Source: Malacoraja senta
Taxonomy: Eukaryota
DNA length: 64,000 bases
Direction of reading: 5' to 3'
Assembly (NCBI GenBank): GCA_038087875.1
Contig: CM075995.1
Coordinates: 1,428,001-1,492,000 of the forward strand
Every line of letters starts with the position of its first letter. Position 1 is the first letter of the stretch. Below are positions 49,985 to 61,817 of this stretch, one piece after another. The notes beneath the pieces are model-generated. The model saw only the letters and a program-made list of their open reading frames with translations, searched no databases and was not told where the DNA came from. The position numbers were made by a program, and so were the translations under genes.

Positions 49985-50720
49985 GACAATAGACAATAGG
50001 TGCAGGAGTAGGCCATTCGGCCCTTCGAGCCAGCACCGCCATTCAATGTGATCATGGCTGATCATCCCCAATCAGTACCCCGTTCCTGCCTTCACCCCAT
50101 ATCCCCTGACTCCGCTATCTTCAAGAGCCCTATCTCTTGAAAGTATCCGGAGAACCGGCCTCCACCGCCCTCTGAGGCAGAGAATTCCACAGACTCACAA
50201 CTCTCTGTGTGAAAAAGATATTTAAATATGGCAATGTTCAAGTATTGAAATGCCACCTATTATCAGTTTCCGCATGCTATCATTTTTGGTCCTGAATGAA
50301 CAATGCTTTCAAAAGTGTCTGTGGCAATAATTGACTACATGACCTGCATATTGTTTAACAATACAATCAAATGTTTGGCGGGACTGACATATGATGATAG
50401 AATGGGTCGACTGGGCTTGTATTTACTGGAGTTTAGAAGGATGAGAGGCAATCTTATAGAAACATATAAAATTCTTAAAGGATTGGACAGGCTAGATGCA
50501 GGAAACACATTCCCTATTTTGGGGGGAGTCCAGAACCAGGGGCCACAGTTCAAGAATAAGGGGTAGGCCATTTAGGACTGAGATGAGGAAAAACGTTTTC
50601 ACCCAAAGAGTTGTTGGAATTCTCTGCCACAGAAGGCAGTGGAGGCCAATTCACTGGATCTTATCAAGAGTGAGTTAGATTTAGCTCTTGGGGCTAACAG
50701 AATCAAGGGATATGGGGAAT
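49985..50720. mobile_element. Two CR1 3' fragments (49985-50215 minus; 50375-50720 plus)
   Basis: Conserved CR1 3' sequence. Confidence 0.82.
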
Positions 50721-50875
50721 TCCCCATCGATCTCCCCGTGACCTGCGTGGGTTTTCTGCGAGATCTTCGGTTTCATCGCACACTTTAAAGACGTACAGGT
50801 TTGTAGGTTGATTGGCTTGGTGCTAATGTATAAATGTGTAAAAAAATAGTCCCCGGTGTGTGTAGGGTAGTGTCA

Positions 50876-51183
50876 AGGGCCTGTCCCACTGTACGAGGTA
50901 ATTCAAGAACTCTCCCGAGTTTAAAAAAAAATCAAACTCGTGGTAAGCACGTAGAATGTACGTAGCGGGTACGTTGGAGCTCGGGGACGTCTCTTAGCAG
51001 CTCGTAACGCTAACGGCAGGTACTCGAGAAACGCGGTAAGCTCGTGAAGATTTTTCAACATGTTGAAAAATGTCCACGAGAGCCCAGAGTACCTACGAGC
51101 GGCCATTACCGTAATTCTCCAAGTTCGAATCAGAGGAAACTCGGGAGAACTCTTGAATTACCTCGTACAGTGGGACAGGCCCT
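50876..51183. mobile_element. PIF/Harbinger-like MITE inserted in a V-SINE (about 50730-51230)
   Basis: About 46 bp near-perfect TIRs agggcctgtcccactgtacgaggtaattcaaga..ctcccgagttt; TSD tca/tta at the SINE's gtgttaatgtg site. Confidence 0.92.
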
Positions 51184-51235
51184 TTAATGTGCGGGGATCG
51201 CTGGTCGGCGCGCACTCGGTGGGTCGAGGGGCCAG

Positions 51236-51842
51236 TTTGAGGGGGGATCTTATAGAAACTTACAAAATTCTTAAGGGGTTGGACAGGCTAAATGCAGGAA
51301 GATTGTTCCCGATGTTGGGGAAGTCCAGAACAAGAGGTCACAGTTTAAGAATAAGGGGGAAGTCTTTTAGGACCGAGATAAGAAATATTTTTTTTCACAC
51401 AGAGAGTGGTGAATCTGTGGAATTCTCTGCCACAGAAAGTAGTTGAGGCCAGTTCATTGGCTATATTTAAGAGGGAGTTAGATACACACTATATATCTCA
51501 CATTTTTCTATTCTTCATTATCTAATTTATTTTTCTTTTTCTTCTTTATTACAAAATTTAAAAAATAAGAAGCTGTACATAAAATGTATTATGAAAATAT
51601 GATTGTATACAATTGTACTTACTTCTAATAAAAATAAATAATTTAAAAAAGAAATTTAAAAAAAAAAAAGAGGGAGTTAGATGTGGCCCTTGTGGCTGAA
51701 GGGATCAGGGGGTATGGAGAGAAGGCAGGTGCAGGATACTGAGTTGGATGATCAGCCATGATCATATTGAATGGCGGTGCAGGCTGGAAGGGCCGAATGG
51801 CCTACTCCTGCACCTATTTTCTATGTTTCTATGTTTTTATGT
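51236..51842 (+). mobile_element. CR1 3' fragment interrupted by an L1 3' end
   Basis: LRGDLIETYKILKGLDRL..; (tttctatg)n tail. Confidence 0.88.
51484..51667 (+). mobile_element. Severely 5'-truncated L1 (3' UTR plus poly-A) with 15 bp TSD
   Basis: aagagggagttagat duplicated (51469-51483, 51668-51682); AATAAA and poly-A; resembles 59500-59716. Confidence 0.85.
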
Positions 51843-53296
51843 TTCCGCGCTGTATCTCTATACTAAACTAAACTAAACATTAGTCGATGTGAGAAAATAG
51901 TTCCTTCCCTTAACGCTGATGGAATTGGGTCAAGGAATCCAGTTCCTTTGATGCTGTGCCTGCCTTTCAGATCTGCACGGCCGAAACAGAGAATGGGGCT
52001 TATTGTAACCCTTCAGTGCTTCTGGCCCAATTCAGCGTTTTCTCGCTGGTCGTTTCTTTAATTGCTCCGACTCGTAGTTAACTTTTAGGAAGAAGTTTTA
52101 ACATCCTGAGGATACAACTCGAGGAACAAAGCGGGCAGCTAGAATAAGACAACAAAGCACACCGGGGAAAAAAGAAATCCACATGCTCTCATTTTGAGTG
52201 CTTCTGCGATTCAAAGCTGGACTGAATGAAAAATCCCCCTGCATTTCGGAGACACAAGAGTTCCACTTAGAGAGAGGAAGTTCTGGTCTTTAGACCCATT
52301 TAAGTTCTCAGGCCCCGCTTTGTGAAATCCCAGTAGGGATTGTCACTGATCTTTGAGTCGCACAGATAGGTTTTCAATGGCACAAGATGCAGTCATATCG
52401 CTGGCAACTGGTGCAGAAACTGAAAACGCACGGTAACGTGGCAATGAATCATAAACCCATCACATTTGTCACCAGCAGTCGGAAGGAGCAAAACTGCCTC
52501 TGCTTTTCCAGCGAGCTACTCGAGGCACTTATGTTCTGTTAACATCATAAGATCATAAGATCAGAAGTGATAGGAGGAGAATTAGGCCATTTGGCCCGTC
52601 AAGTCTACTCCGCCATTCAGTCATGGCTGATCTGTGGAAAATCTCTGCCACAGAAGGCAGTGGAGGCCAATTCACTGGATGTTTTCAAGATAGTTAGATG
52701 TAGCTCTTAGGGCTAACGGAATCAAGGGATATCGGGGAGAACGCAGGAACGGGGTACTGATTTTGGATGATCAGCCAATATCATATTGGCTCGAAGGGCC
52801 GAATGGCCTACTACTGCACCTATTTTCTATGTTTCTATCTATCTCTCCCTCCTAACCCCATTCCCCTGCCTTCTCCCCATAACCTCTGACACCCATGCTA
52901 ATCACGAATCTATCTATTTCTGCCTTAAAAATATCCACTGACTTTGCCTCCACAGCCTTCTGTGGCAAAGATTCACCACCCTCTGACTAAAGAAATTCTT
53001 CCTCATCTCCTTCCTAAAAGAGCATCCTTTAATTCTGAGGCTGTGCCCTCTGGTCCTAGACTCTCCCACCAGTGGAAACATCCTCTCCACATCCACTCCA
53101 TCCAAGCCTTTCACTATTCTGTTTGTTTCAATGTGCCCCCCCCCCCCCCCCCCCCAGCGAGTACAGGCCCAGAGCCGACAAACGCTCATCATAGGACTTG
53201 TTGGCATCACTGCACAGTGAACGAAAAAGGTACAGGACCAAGTACCCTGGAATCCATCCCTCATTGGTAGCGTTAAACAGCGGTATTAATGACTCA

Positions 53297-54513
53297 AGGG
53301 CCTGTCCCACTAACGCAACTTATCAGCGACTGTCTTCAACCTTCAAGCTCGAGGGCACTCGCCTGAAAAACCTCGAGCTGGATCGACCGTCAGCGATGAA
53401 ACCACGAGCCGGATCGACCGTCTACACACACACACGCAAACACGCGCGCACGCGCACACACGCACACACGCGCACACACACACACACAAACACAAACACA
53501 TCGCAAAAGTGGGGGCCAGGGAAAACGGGGGAGCGCTGTCTGAAATTCACACCTGCGATGAACAGGAAGGTAAAAGATGGCTGGCACAGTTATGGTGAGT
53601 CCTTTGGAGGGGGGAGGGAAAGGGGAGAGAAGGGGGGAGAAGGGGGGGGGGGAGAAGGAGTGGAGACACTTTTAAGAAGCCAGACAACTTTTAATAAAGT
53701 TTAGCGGGCATTTAACATTACCGGTCGGTTTGCTTACCTTTTTTTTCTCAGCGAGCTTTACCTTCGATTACCTTTGATTGCCTTTGATTACATACGACAG
53801 CATTACGACCTACTACGACCTACCTCGACTAAACCTACGAGTAAAATAATATCGATTTTTTCCATGGCGACCTTTTTTTACTTGCGGGCATTTTGCAGCA
53901 TGTTGAAAAAAAATGCCATGACCTAGCTGAGGCCTCGAGTACGCGGGGACTACTCTCGTGCATGAAGGAGAGTTACAAAGACCTCCTAGGACCTCGTGTC
54001 GACCATGCTGCGAGTATGTCGAGGGCAAACTCTTCTAAACCCGCCAATTAGGTCACCATTAGGCTATTTTTAGGCGACTGTCATAGTTTTAGGCGACTGT
54101 CATCATTTCGCCGAAAAACAGGCGACTGGACCCCCCTTCGACATAACATTTGAAATAGAATCATTAACTTTGACAACAAAAAATAAACGAAGTCAGCACC
54201 AGCGACAATCTACGTCACCTGGCGACAACCTTCGTTAACCTGGTGACAACCTATGTTAACCTGGCGACAACTACAACAGCACCTACGGCAGGAGAAGTCA
54301 AGCTACGCTCATTGGCGTCAAGCCCACTGTCGCCGACTGTTTCCGAAAAAATGTCAACATGTTGAAAATCCAGCGGCGATCAGAAAGACGCTACGACTCT
54401 TTGGGCGACTGAGGAGACGACTCACGACCATACAGGCGACACCCCGGCGGCCATGTGGCGACAGTCTAGTCACCTGTAGTCGCCTAAAAAATAGCCTAAG
54501 GGGGACAGGCCCT
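53297..54513. mobile_element. Composite PIF/Harbinger-like element
   Basis: Termini agggcctgtccc / gggacaggccct; perfect TCA TSD (53294-53296, 54514-54516); the right arm pairs best with an internal segment at about 54058. Confidence 0.82.
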
Positions 54514-54907
54514 TCAATGGTACAATGGTTCTTGATTATCACGTGAACCAAGGTACAACGAAATTCTTTTCTTGTACATAGATGCCATACATAAGTTCAA
54601 TCCCCAGTGAAGTACAAAGTGCATAGAAACAGCCCACTGAGTCCATATGCAAGAGTCGCCAGGTTTTGGGGATGTGGAAGCTGCAGTATGATGCAGGTTA
54701 AGGTAGCTGGACTGCACAACAACCTTTAGGCAATCATTGTCGCACATCAACGTTCCTGATAGGTATTCCTTGAAGCACGCCACAGTGTTTGGGATGGGTA
54801 TTAACCGTTGACCGTTGCGAGTGGAATTTCACATTTGTACAGTAACTGGGATTGTGCTGCTCTCGTTGCGCACAAGTAAACAAAGTGTGTCTGGAAAACA
54901 AATGCAA

Positions 54908-55410
54908 GTTAGAAACATAGAAACATCGAAAACAGGCGCAGGAGTAGGCCATTCGGCCCTTCGAGCCAGCACCGCCATTCAATATCATCATGGCTGATCA
55001 TCCAAAATCAGTACCCCGTTCGTGCTTTCTCTCCACATCCCTTGATTCTGTTAGCCCCAAGAGGAATTGATCGGTTAGATGCACAGAGAATCTTGCCCAG
55101 AGTAGGTGAATCGAGGACCAGAGGACATAGGTTTAAGGTGAAGGGGAAAGTCTTTAATAGGAATCTGAGAGGGAACATTTTCACACAAAGGGTGGTGGGT
55201 GTATGGAACGAGCTGCCAGAGGAGGTAGTTGAGGCTGGGACTATTCCAACGTTTAAGAAGCAGTTAGACAGGCACATGGATAGGACAGGTTTGGAGGGAT
55301 ATAGACCAAATGCAGGCAGGTGGGACTAGTGTAGCTGGGACATGTTGTCTGGTGTGGGCAAGTTGGGCCCTAGGGCCTGTTTCCACACTGTATCACTCTA
55401 TGACTCTATC
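54908..55410. mobile_element. Two CR1 3' ends of different subfamilies in opposite orientations
   Basis: 54908-55060 minus with (tttctatg)n tail; 55060-55410 plus with (actctatg) tail. Confidence 0.8.
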
Positions 55411-55834
55411 AAGAAGCCGACAGGAACAGATTCTGGTGAAGGTATTGAAAGCATGATTTTCACACTACAGATTGTAGATGATGTCTTTCCAATCATAGCA
55501 GGAGATATTTCTCACACAACGCAGCAAAGATACACTTCTGAAATGAAAGTATAAGCAAATACTAAAATGGGAAAAATGTTTAACAGAAGGTTTCGATCAT
55601 TTGGATCGGTGAAGTAGGGTAGAGAGCGATTATCTCCAATGTTCTGAGAAATGGATATTGGATAAATTATACGCTCAACATATTCCACCAAATGGAAGAT
55701 AGACACAAAAAGCTGGAGTAACTCAGCGGGACAGGCAGCATCTCTGGAGAAAAAGGAATAGGAGACATTTTGGGTCGACACCCTTCTTCAGTCTGAAGAA
55801 TGGTCTTGACGCAATACATTACCTGTTCCCTTTC

Positions 55835-56230
55835 ATAGAAACATAGAAACATAGAAAATAGGTGCAGGAGTAGGCCATTCGGCCCTTCGAGCCTGCACCG
55901 CCATTCAATATGATCATGGCTGATCATCCAACTCAGTATCCTGTACCTGCCTTCTCTCCATACCCCCTGATCCCTTTAGCCACAAGGGCCACATCTAACT
56001 CCCTCTTAAATATAGCCAATGAACTGGCCTCAACTACTTTCTGTGGCAGAGAATTCCACAGATTCACCACTCTCTGTGTGAAAAAAGAAATTCTCATCTC
56101 GGTACTAAAAGACTTCCCCCTTATCCTTAAACTGTGACCCCTTGTTCTGGACTTCCCCAACATCGGGAACAATCTTCCTGCATCTAGCCTGTCCAACCCC
56201 TTAAGAATGTTGTAAGTTTCTATAAGATCC
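55835..56230 (-). mobile_element. CR1-clade LINE 3' fragment within a pLTR pair
   Basis: ORF 55933-56232. Confidence 0.88.
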
Positions 56231-56544
56231 AAGAGATCCAGAGATGCTGCCTGGGTTACTGAAGCATTTTGTGTCTATCTTTGGTGTAAACCAGCATCTG
56301 CAGTTCCTTCCTACATATATTTGAACATTGAACAGTACTGCACAAGGCCAGGCCCTTCAGCCCACGATGTCTTTGCTGAACAAGATGCCAAGATAGACTA
56401 ATCTCATCTGATCCACCGGCTTCCATTCCCTGCGTATGCATGTGCCTGTCTTAAAGCCTCTTAAATACCAGGATAATGTCCGCCTTCCCCACCCTCCCTG
56501 GCTGCGGGTTCCAGGCACACATGAGCCTCTGTGAACCCTTTACA

Positions 56545-57265
56545 GAAACAAGGAACTGCAGATACTGCTCAACAAATATGAAGACACAAACTGCTGGAGT
56601 AACTCAGCATCTCTGGAGAACATGGATAGGTGATGTTTCAGTTCATGACCCTTCTTCAGATTGACTGCAGTTGGGGGGGGGGGTTAGGAAATCTGGAAGA
56701 GAGGGCTGGACAAAGCTTGGCAAGTAATAGGTGGATACAGGTGATGGGGGGGGGGGGGTTGATAGGCAGATGGTTGGATAAAGGCCAGAGATACAAGGGT
56801 AAAAAGCGGGAGATAAAAGGATTGAAGAGTTGCAAATTGTGAAGCTAGAGGAAGGAATGCAACTGGAAGAGGAGGGTGGGGGGAGAAATAGGTGGAAGTC
56901 CAGGTGGGGCACAAGTGAGAGAGTGGAGGGAAGAAGGAGGGAGTTTGGTTCGTTACCTAAAAGCGAGGTACACTACAATAAACTAAACTGGACTAAACTG
57001 AAAATTCAATGTTCATACCGTTGGAGTGTAAGCTACCCAAGCGGAACATGAGGTGCTGTTCTTCCAGTTTGTGTGTGGCCTCACTCTGGCAATGGAGGAG
57101 GCCCAGGATAGAAAGGTCAGAATGGGAATGGGAAGAAGAGTTTGGTTAAAATGGTTAGCAATGCTTAACAAAAGATCCAAAAGGCCTTGGTGGACCGAGC
57201 GCAAGTGTTTGCGAAACGATGGTTAAGTCTATGCTTGGTCTCGCCGATGTATAGGAGGCCACACT
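56545..57265 (-). mobile_element. Penelope-like element 3' fragment
   Basis: Degenerate GIY-YIG (YIGETKH..EEQHLMFRLGSL..GMNIEF) and pLTR. Confidence 0.8.
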
Positions 57266-57395
57266 GGTAATACCAGATGCAGTTGATGCCTGCCTATTCC
57301 CTTTGAACTTTGCCCCTCTCATGTGAAGGCTATGCCCTCTGGACACTTCCCGGGAGGCCATGGAGAAGCCAGGCAGCGAAACCTGCCTGGGCCAA

Positions 57396-57725
57396 TGGAG
57401 CCTCGGTGGTGGCGGTGGAGCCTCGGTGGTGGTGGGGCCTCGGTGGTGGTGGGGCCTTGGCCGTGGTGGGGCCTCGGTGGTGGTGGGGCCTCAGCGGCAG
57501 TGGTGGAGCCTCGGTGGTGGTGGAGCCTCGGTGGTGGTGGAGCCTCGGTGGTGGTGGGGCCTTGGTGGTGGTGGAGCCTCGGTGGTGGTGGGGCCTTGGT
57601 GGTGGTGGAGCCTTGGCTGTGGTGGGGCCTTGGTGGTGGTGGAGCCTTGGCTGTGGTGGGGCCTCGGTGGTGGTGGGGCCTCAGCGGCAGTGGAGCATCG
57701 TGGCAGTGGCGGTGAAGCCTCGCTG
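57396..57725. repeat. G-rich minisatellite, 18 bp unit (gg(a/g)gcct(c/t)ggtggtggt) with variants
   Basis: About 18 tandem units; lies in a short element ending in a Rex1-like tail (gtgacaataaag..(ttcca)n near 58000). Confidence 0.9.
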
Positions 57726-58484
57726 GTCGACCCATGGTGGGCAGTCGATGAGGGCGCGGGGGAACCGTCGTGAGGGAGTGCGGGTGGGGGGAGCCCAATG
57801 GAGGACCCGGAGCGGAGGAGGAGGGGGAGGGGAGGGGGAGGGGGAGGCGGAGGGGGGAAGAACAAAGGAAGAGCCGCGCATGTACTTTGTAGCTTTGTCT
57901 GCGCCCTTTAGGTGGCAACTATCTGCATACCTCGGGCATGCGAGCCAAGAATTTCACTGCGCCTTGTCACATGTGACAATAAAGTATTCCATTCCATTCC
58001 ATTTTATATTTCCATCTTGGGAAAAAGGTTCTGACTGTCTACCCCATCCATGCCTCTCATAATTTTATACAGTTCCATCAGCTCTCCCCTCAACCTTCTG
58101 TATTCCAGAGAAAACAATCCAAGTCTGTCCAACCTCTCCCATCCCTCCCCTAATTCAGTCATCATTCTCGTAAACTTCCTCCGCACCCTTTCCAAAGCCT
58201 CCACATCGTTCCTGTCATGGGAGCGGGGTGGGGGCGGGGGGTGTGGGTGGGGGGCGGGGGGCGAGGGGTTTGGGAGATGATGGGCAACCTGAACAGCACA
58301 AAATACCCCAAATGTGAACTGACCAAAGACCTGTAAAGCTGTATCGTTACATCCTGACCCTTATATTCAATGCCCCACGTACTCTGAAAGCAAGCATGCC
58401 ATGTACCTTCTTTACCACTCTATCTACTGACGTTGCCACTTTCACGGAGTTATGCGCGGAGCCCAAGATTTCTTTGTACATCAG

Positions 58485-59811
58485 TCTTCTTCTTCTTATC
58501 GATTCCATGCACAAGATTAGAAGTTGTGTAGCCAGACCTGAACACACTTCTCGGCATCTGCATACATTGGTGTCTGTTTCAACAATTAAAATTTAAATTT
58601 AAACTGAATGATAATCAATATTTTAAATATATACAGATATGTGACTTTATGAAGAAATATATACATAGATTTCAAACTATAGTTTTAGACCCTTTAGAAG
58701 AAGCAATGAATATTAAGGCTGATTCACAAAAACTAATATCATATTTTTATAATAGTGTATTAAATAGAGAATTACCCTCAACAGAGGCACTAAGAGAAGA
58801 TTGGGAACATGAACTAATGATAAAGATCCAGAAAGATAGATGGGAAAAGTATCTGATGAACACGCATAATTGTTCCATTAATGCAAGACATAATTTAATT
58901 CAATTTAGATTATTACATAGACTATATTATTCAAAAAGGAGGTTGAATAAATTCTACCCAAATGTCTCTCCCAGATGCGATAAATGTTTGTTTCAAAATG
59001 CCAATATAACACATTCATTTGTAGGATGTACAAAGTTGAATACATTTTGGAGCGATATATTTGATATATTTACAAAGCTCTTCAAGTCAAGAATAGAACC
59101 TAATACGGAATGGATTATATTTGGAATAATAGTAGAAGATAGCAATTTAAACAAAGACCAAAAAGTATTCTTTAATTATGGGTTAATAATTGGAAAGAAA
59201 TTGATACTTAAATTTTGGAAAAATACAGCTATACCAACTATTAAAATGTGGATTAGGAATATGACGGACATAGCACACCTTGAAGAAACGAGACTCCGCC
59301 TAATAGATAAATATGACCAATTCTTAAGGAGTTGGTCCCCTTTCATCGACTGTTTGGAATCATGTGATGCAGCAGTACCGTAAAGATTACTGATTTCAGG
59401 TCAGGTCGTGGATAGATTTACATCTCCAAACAAAGATTTGAAAATTTCTTTTTTAAGGGTCTTTTTCTACTATTTCTACTTTCTATTTTTTCTTTTCTTA
59501 TATACACACTTCACGTTTTTCTATTTTCTACTATTTTGTTTTCCTCTTTTTCTTCTCTCTATTAAAAAAACCTCCTTTTCAAAAACATAAAACTAGAGGT
59601 TGTACATAGAATGTATTACATTATGACATAGTTGGCACCTAAAATTAGGTACCACTGTATTGTTTTGTATTGTATTAACTTCTAATAAAATAAAAAATTT
59701 AAATTAAAAAAAAAAATGGTGTCTGTCTTGTCGCTTCTTGTGTTTCTTGTGCGTGGTGGTGGAAAGATTGGTGGAAACAGGGCCGCGACGTGAACGCTCT
59801 TTCCTTGACCC
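58485..59811 (-). mobile_element. Short (about 180 bp once the L1 is removed) non-autonomous element with (AAG)n tail, possibly Vingi-derived
   Basis: Reads ggggtcaaggaaagagcgttc..ctttccacc..ggaatcgataagaagaagaaga on the minus strand; interrupts a CR1 fragment. Confidence 0.45.
58578..59716 (+). mobile_element. 5'-truncated L1 with open ORF2 C-terminus, poly-A and TSD
   Basis: ORF 58649-59383 (IQFRLLHRLYYS..CDKC..HSFVGC..FW); AATAAA and poly-A; TSD tggtgtctgt (58568-58577, 59717-59726). Confidence 0.93.
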
Positions 59812-59837
59812 CTGCACACCCCTGTTAAGGGTAATTC

Positions 59838-60158
59838 TATTTAGTTTAATTTAGTTTTAGAGATAAAGCGCAGAAACAGGCCCTTCGGCCAACTGGGCCC
59901 GCATTGACCAGTGATCCCCGCACATTAACACTATCCAACACACACTAGGGACAATTTTTACATTTACCAAGCCAATTAACCTACAAACCTGCACGTCATT
60001 GGAGTGTAGGAGGTAACCGAAGATCTCGGAGAAAACCCACGCATGTCACGGGGAGAACGTGCAAACTCCGTGCAGACAGCATCCATAGTCGGGATGGAAC
60101 CCGGGTCTCTGGCGCTGCATTCGCTGTAAGGCAGCAACTCTACCAATGCACCACTGTC
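59838..60158 (-). mobile_element. V-SINE (HE1-like)
   Basis: SINE consensus, reverse strand. Confidence 0.88.
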
Positions 60159-60279
60159 CGTTTATTAATTGTAAATTTTCCCTTCACATTTGACCTCCCA
60201 AAGTGCTATATACAAAACCATGCTGACTGTAAGGCAGCAACTCTACCGCTACTGTGCCTCCCCATTTATATGTTAGTAT

Positions 60280-60866
60280 AAGGTACACAAAAATGCTGTA
60301 GAAACTCAGCGGGTGCAGCAGCATCTATGGAGCGAAGGAGATAGGCAACGTTTCGGGCCGAAACCCTTCTTCAGACTGATGGGGGGTGGGGGGAGGCGGG
60401 GAGAAGAAAGGAAAAAGGAGGAGGAGGAGCCCGGGGGCTGAGGGAGAGGTAGGAAGGGGAGGAGACAGCAAGGGTTAACTGAATTGTGAGAATTCAATGT
60501 TCATGCCCCCAGGATGCAGACTCCCCAAGCGGAATATGAGGTGCTGCTCCTCCGATTTTCGGTGTTGCTCACTCTGGCCATGGAGGAGGCCCAGGACAGA
60601 GAGGTCGGATTCGGAATGGGAGGGGGAGTTGAAGTGCTGAGTATAGATACTTGCAGAAGAGTTGGTACCGGATTCCTTACAGCAACCAAAGTGCCCCCAT
60701 TCACAGGCACTTCTTCAGACTGATCATTCAGTCTGAAGAAGGGTCTCGACCCGAAACGTCACCCATTCCTTCTATCCAGAGATGCCGCCTGTCCCCCCGC
60801 TGTCCCACTCCAGCATTTTGTGTCTATCTTCGGTTGAAATCGGCATCTGCAGTTCTTTCCTACACA
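60280..60866. mobile_element. Penelope-like fragments: minus GIY-YIG tail/pLTR (60280-60640) and plus pLTR (60731-60866)
   Basis: Hammerhead motifs at about 60347-60375 (-) and 60733-60760 (+). Confidence 0.82.
60733..60760 (+). ncRNA. Minimal hammerhead ribozyme motif (Penelope-associated)
   Basis: ctgaagaagggtctcgacccgaaacgtc, identical to 9307-9334 and 14782-14809. Confidence 0.7.
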
Positions 60867-61079
60867 CGGTTAAAAAGTCTACCTGGCTCTGTGGCTCTAT
60901 GACTCTGTGTAATGCACCAGCTAATTTAAACAGAAGCATCAGCATCAGCATCAGCATCATGCTTGGGTCACCAGAGAGACTCTTTGCTCTTCTGCAAAGA
61001 GTGGTTAAAGATGTCACGTTGGCACATGGAAGAACAGATCTATCCCCTTCTCAATGCATGATTGTACATTGTATGTTGA

Positions 61080-61383
61080 CGGCACGGTGACGCAGCGGTG
61101 GAGTTGCCGCCTTGCAGCGCCAGAGACTCGGATTCGATCTCGACTACGGGTGCTGTCTGTACAGAGTTTGTACGTTCTCCCCGTGACCTGCGTGGGTTTT
61201 CTCCGGGGTCTCCGGTTTCCTCCCACACTCCAAAGGCGTGCAGGTTTGCGGGTTGATTGGCCTGGTGTCATTGTAAATTGTCCCGAGTGTGTGTAGATTA
61301 GTACGGGGATCGCTGGTCGGCGCGGGCTCGGCGGGCCGAAGGGCCGGTTTCCACGCTGTATCTCTAAACTCAACTAAACTAAA
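61080..61383 (+). mobile_element. V-SINE (HE1-like)
   Basis: SINE consensus. Confidence 0.88.
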
Positions 61384-61817
61384 GGAGTCGTAGCTCAACA
61401 TACCTGCAAGACGGTATCCATAGTGAAGTTCTCTTTGGAGTCGTGTACAATCCCTTCTAACTCAAAAGACTTGAAATACTATCACCGGGCCAAGAATGAC
61501 GTCTTAAAATTTACAGTTTAAGCTGCAGTTTATCTTTTCTATGACACTCATCTACTATTTTAAAATCGAAAGCAATAAGGTGGTGTGAATAGATTTCCTC
61601 ATGTCCGTCTGTTAAAAGCATAGGCAAGTAGAACGGACAAAATGACAGACAAAGGCAAGTGTAATATTGATTTTGCTGCATATCAGAATATGACCTGCAG
61701 TCAGGAAGGAAGAGAGAAACAGATCGATATCATCCATCTGTTCCGCTCGTAAAAAAAAAAAACAACAGCTGAAATCAGAAAGCTCTAAAATGTGGTTCAT
61801 CCTGGTTCTGAATAGAG

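Noticed and set aside
57396..57725. CRISPR-like array or Pro/His/Gly-rich proteins from the overlapping ORFs
   Set aside because: Simple tandem 18-mer with no unique spacers; the ORFs are open only because the repeat lacks stop codons.
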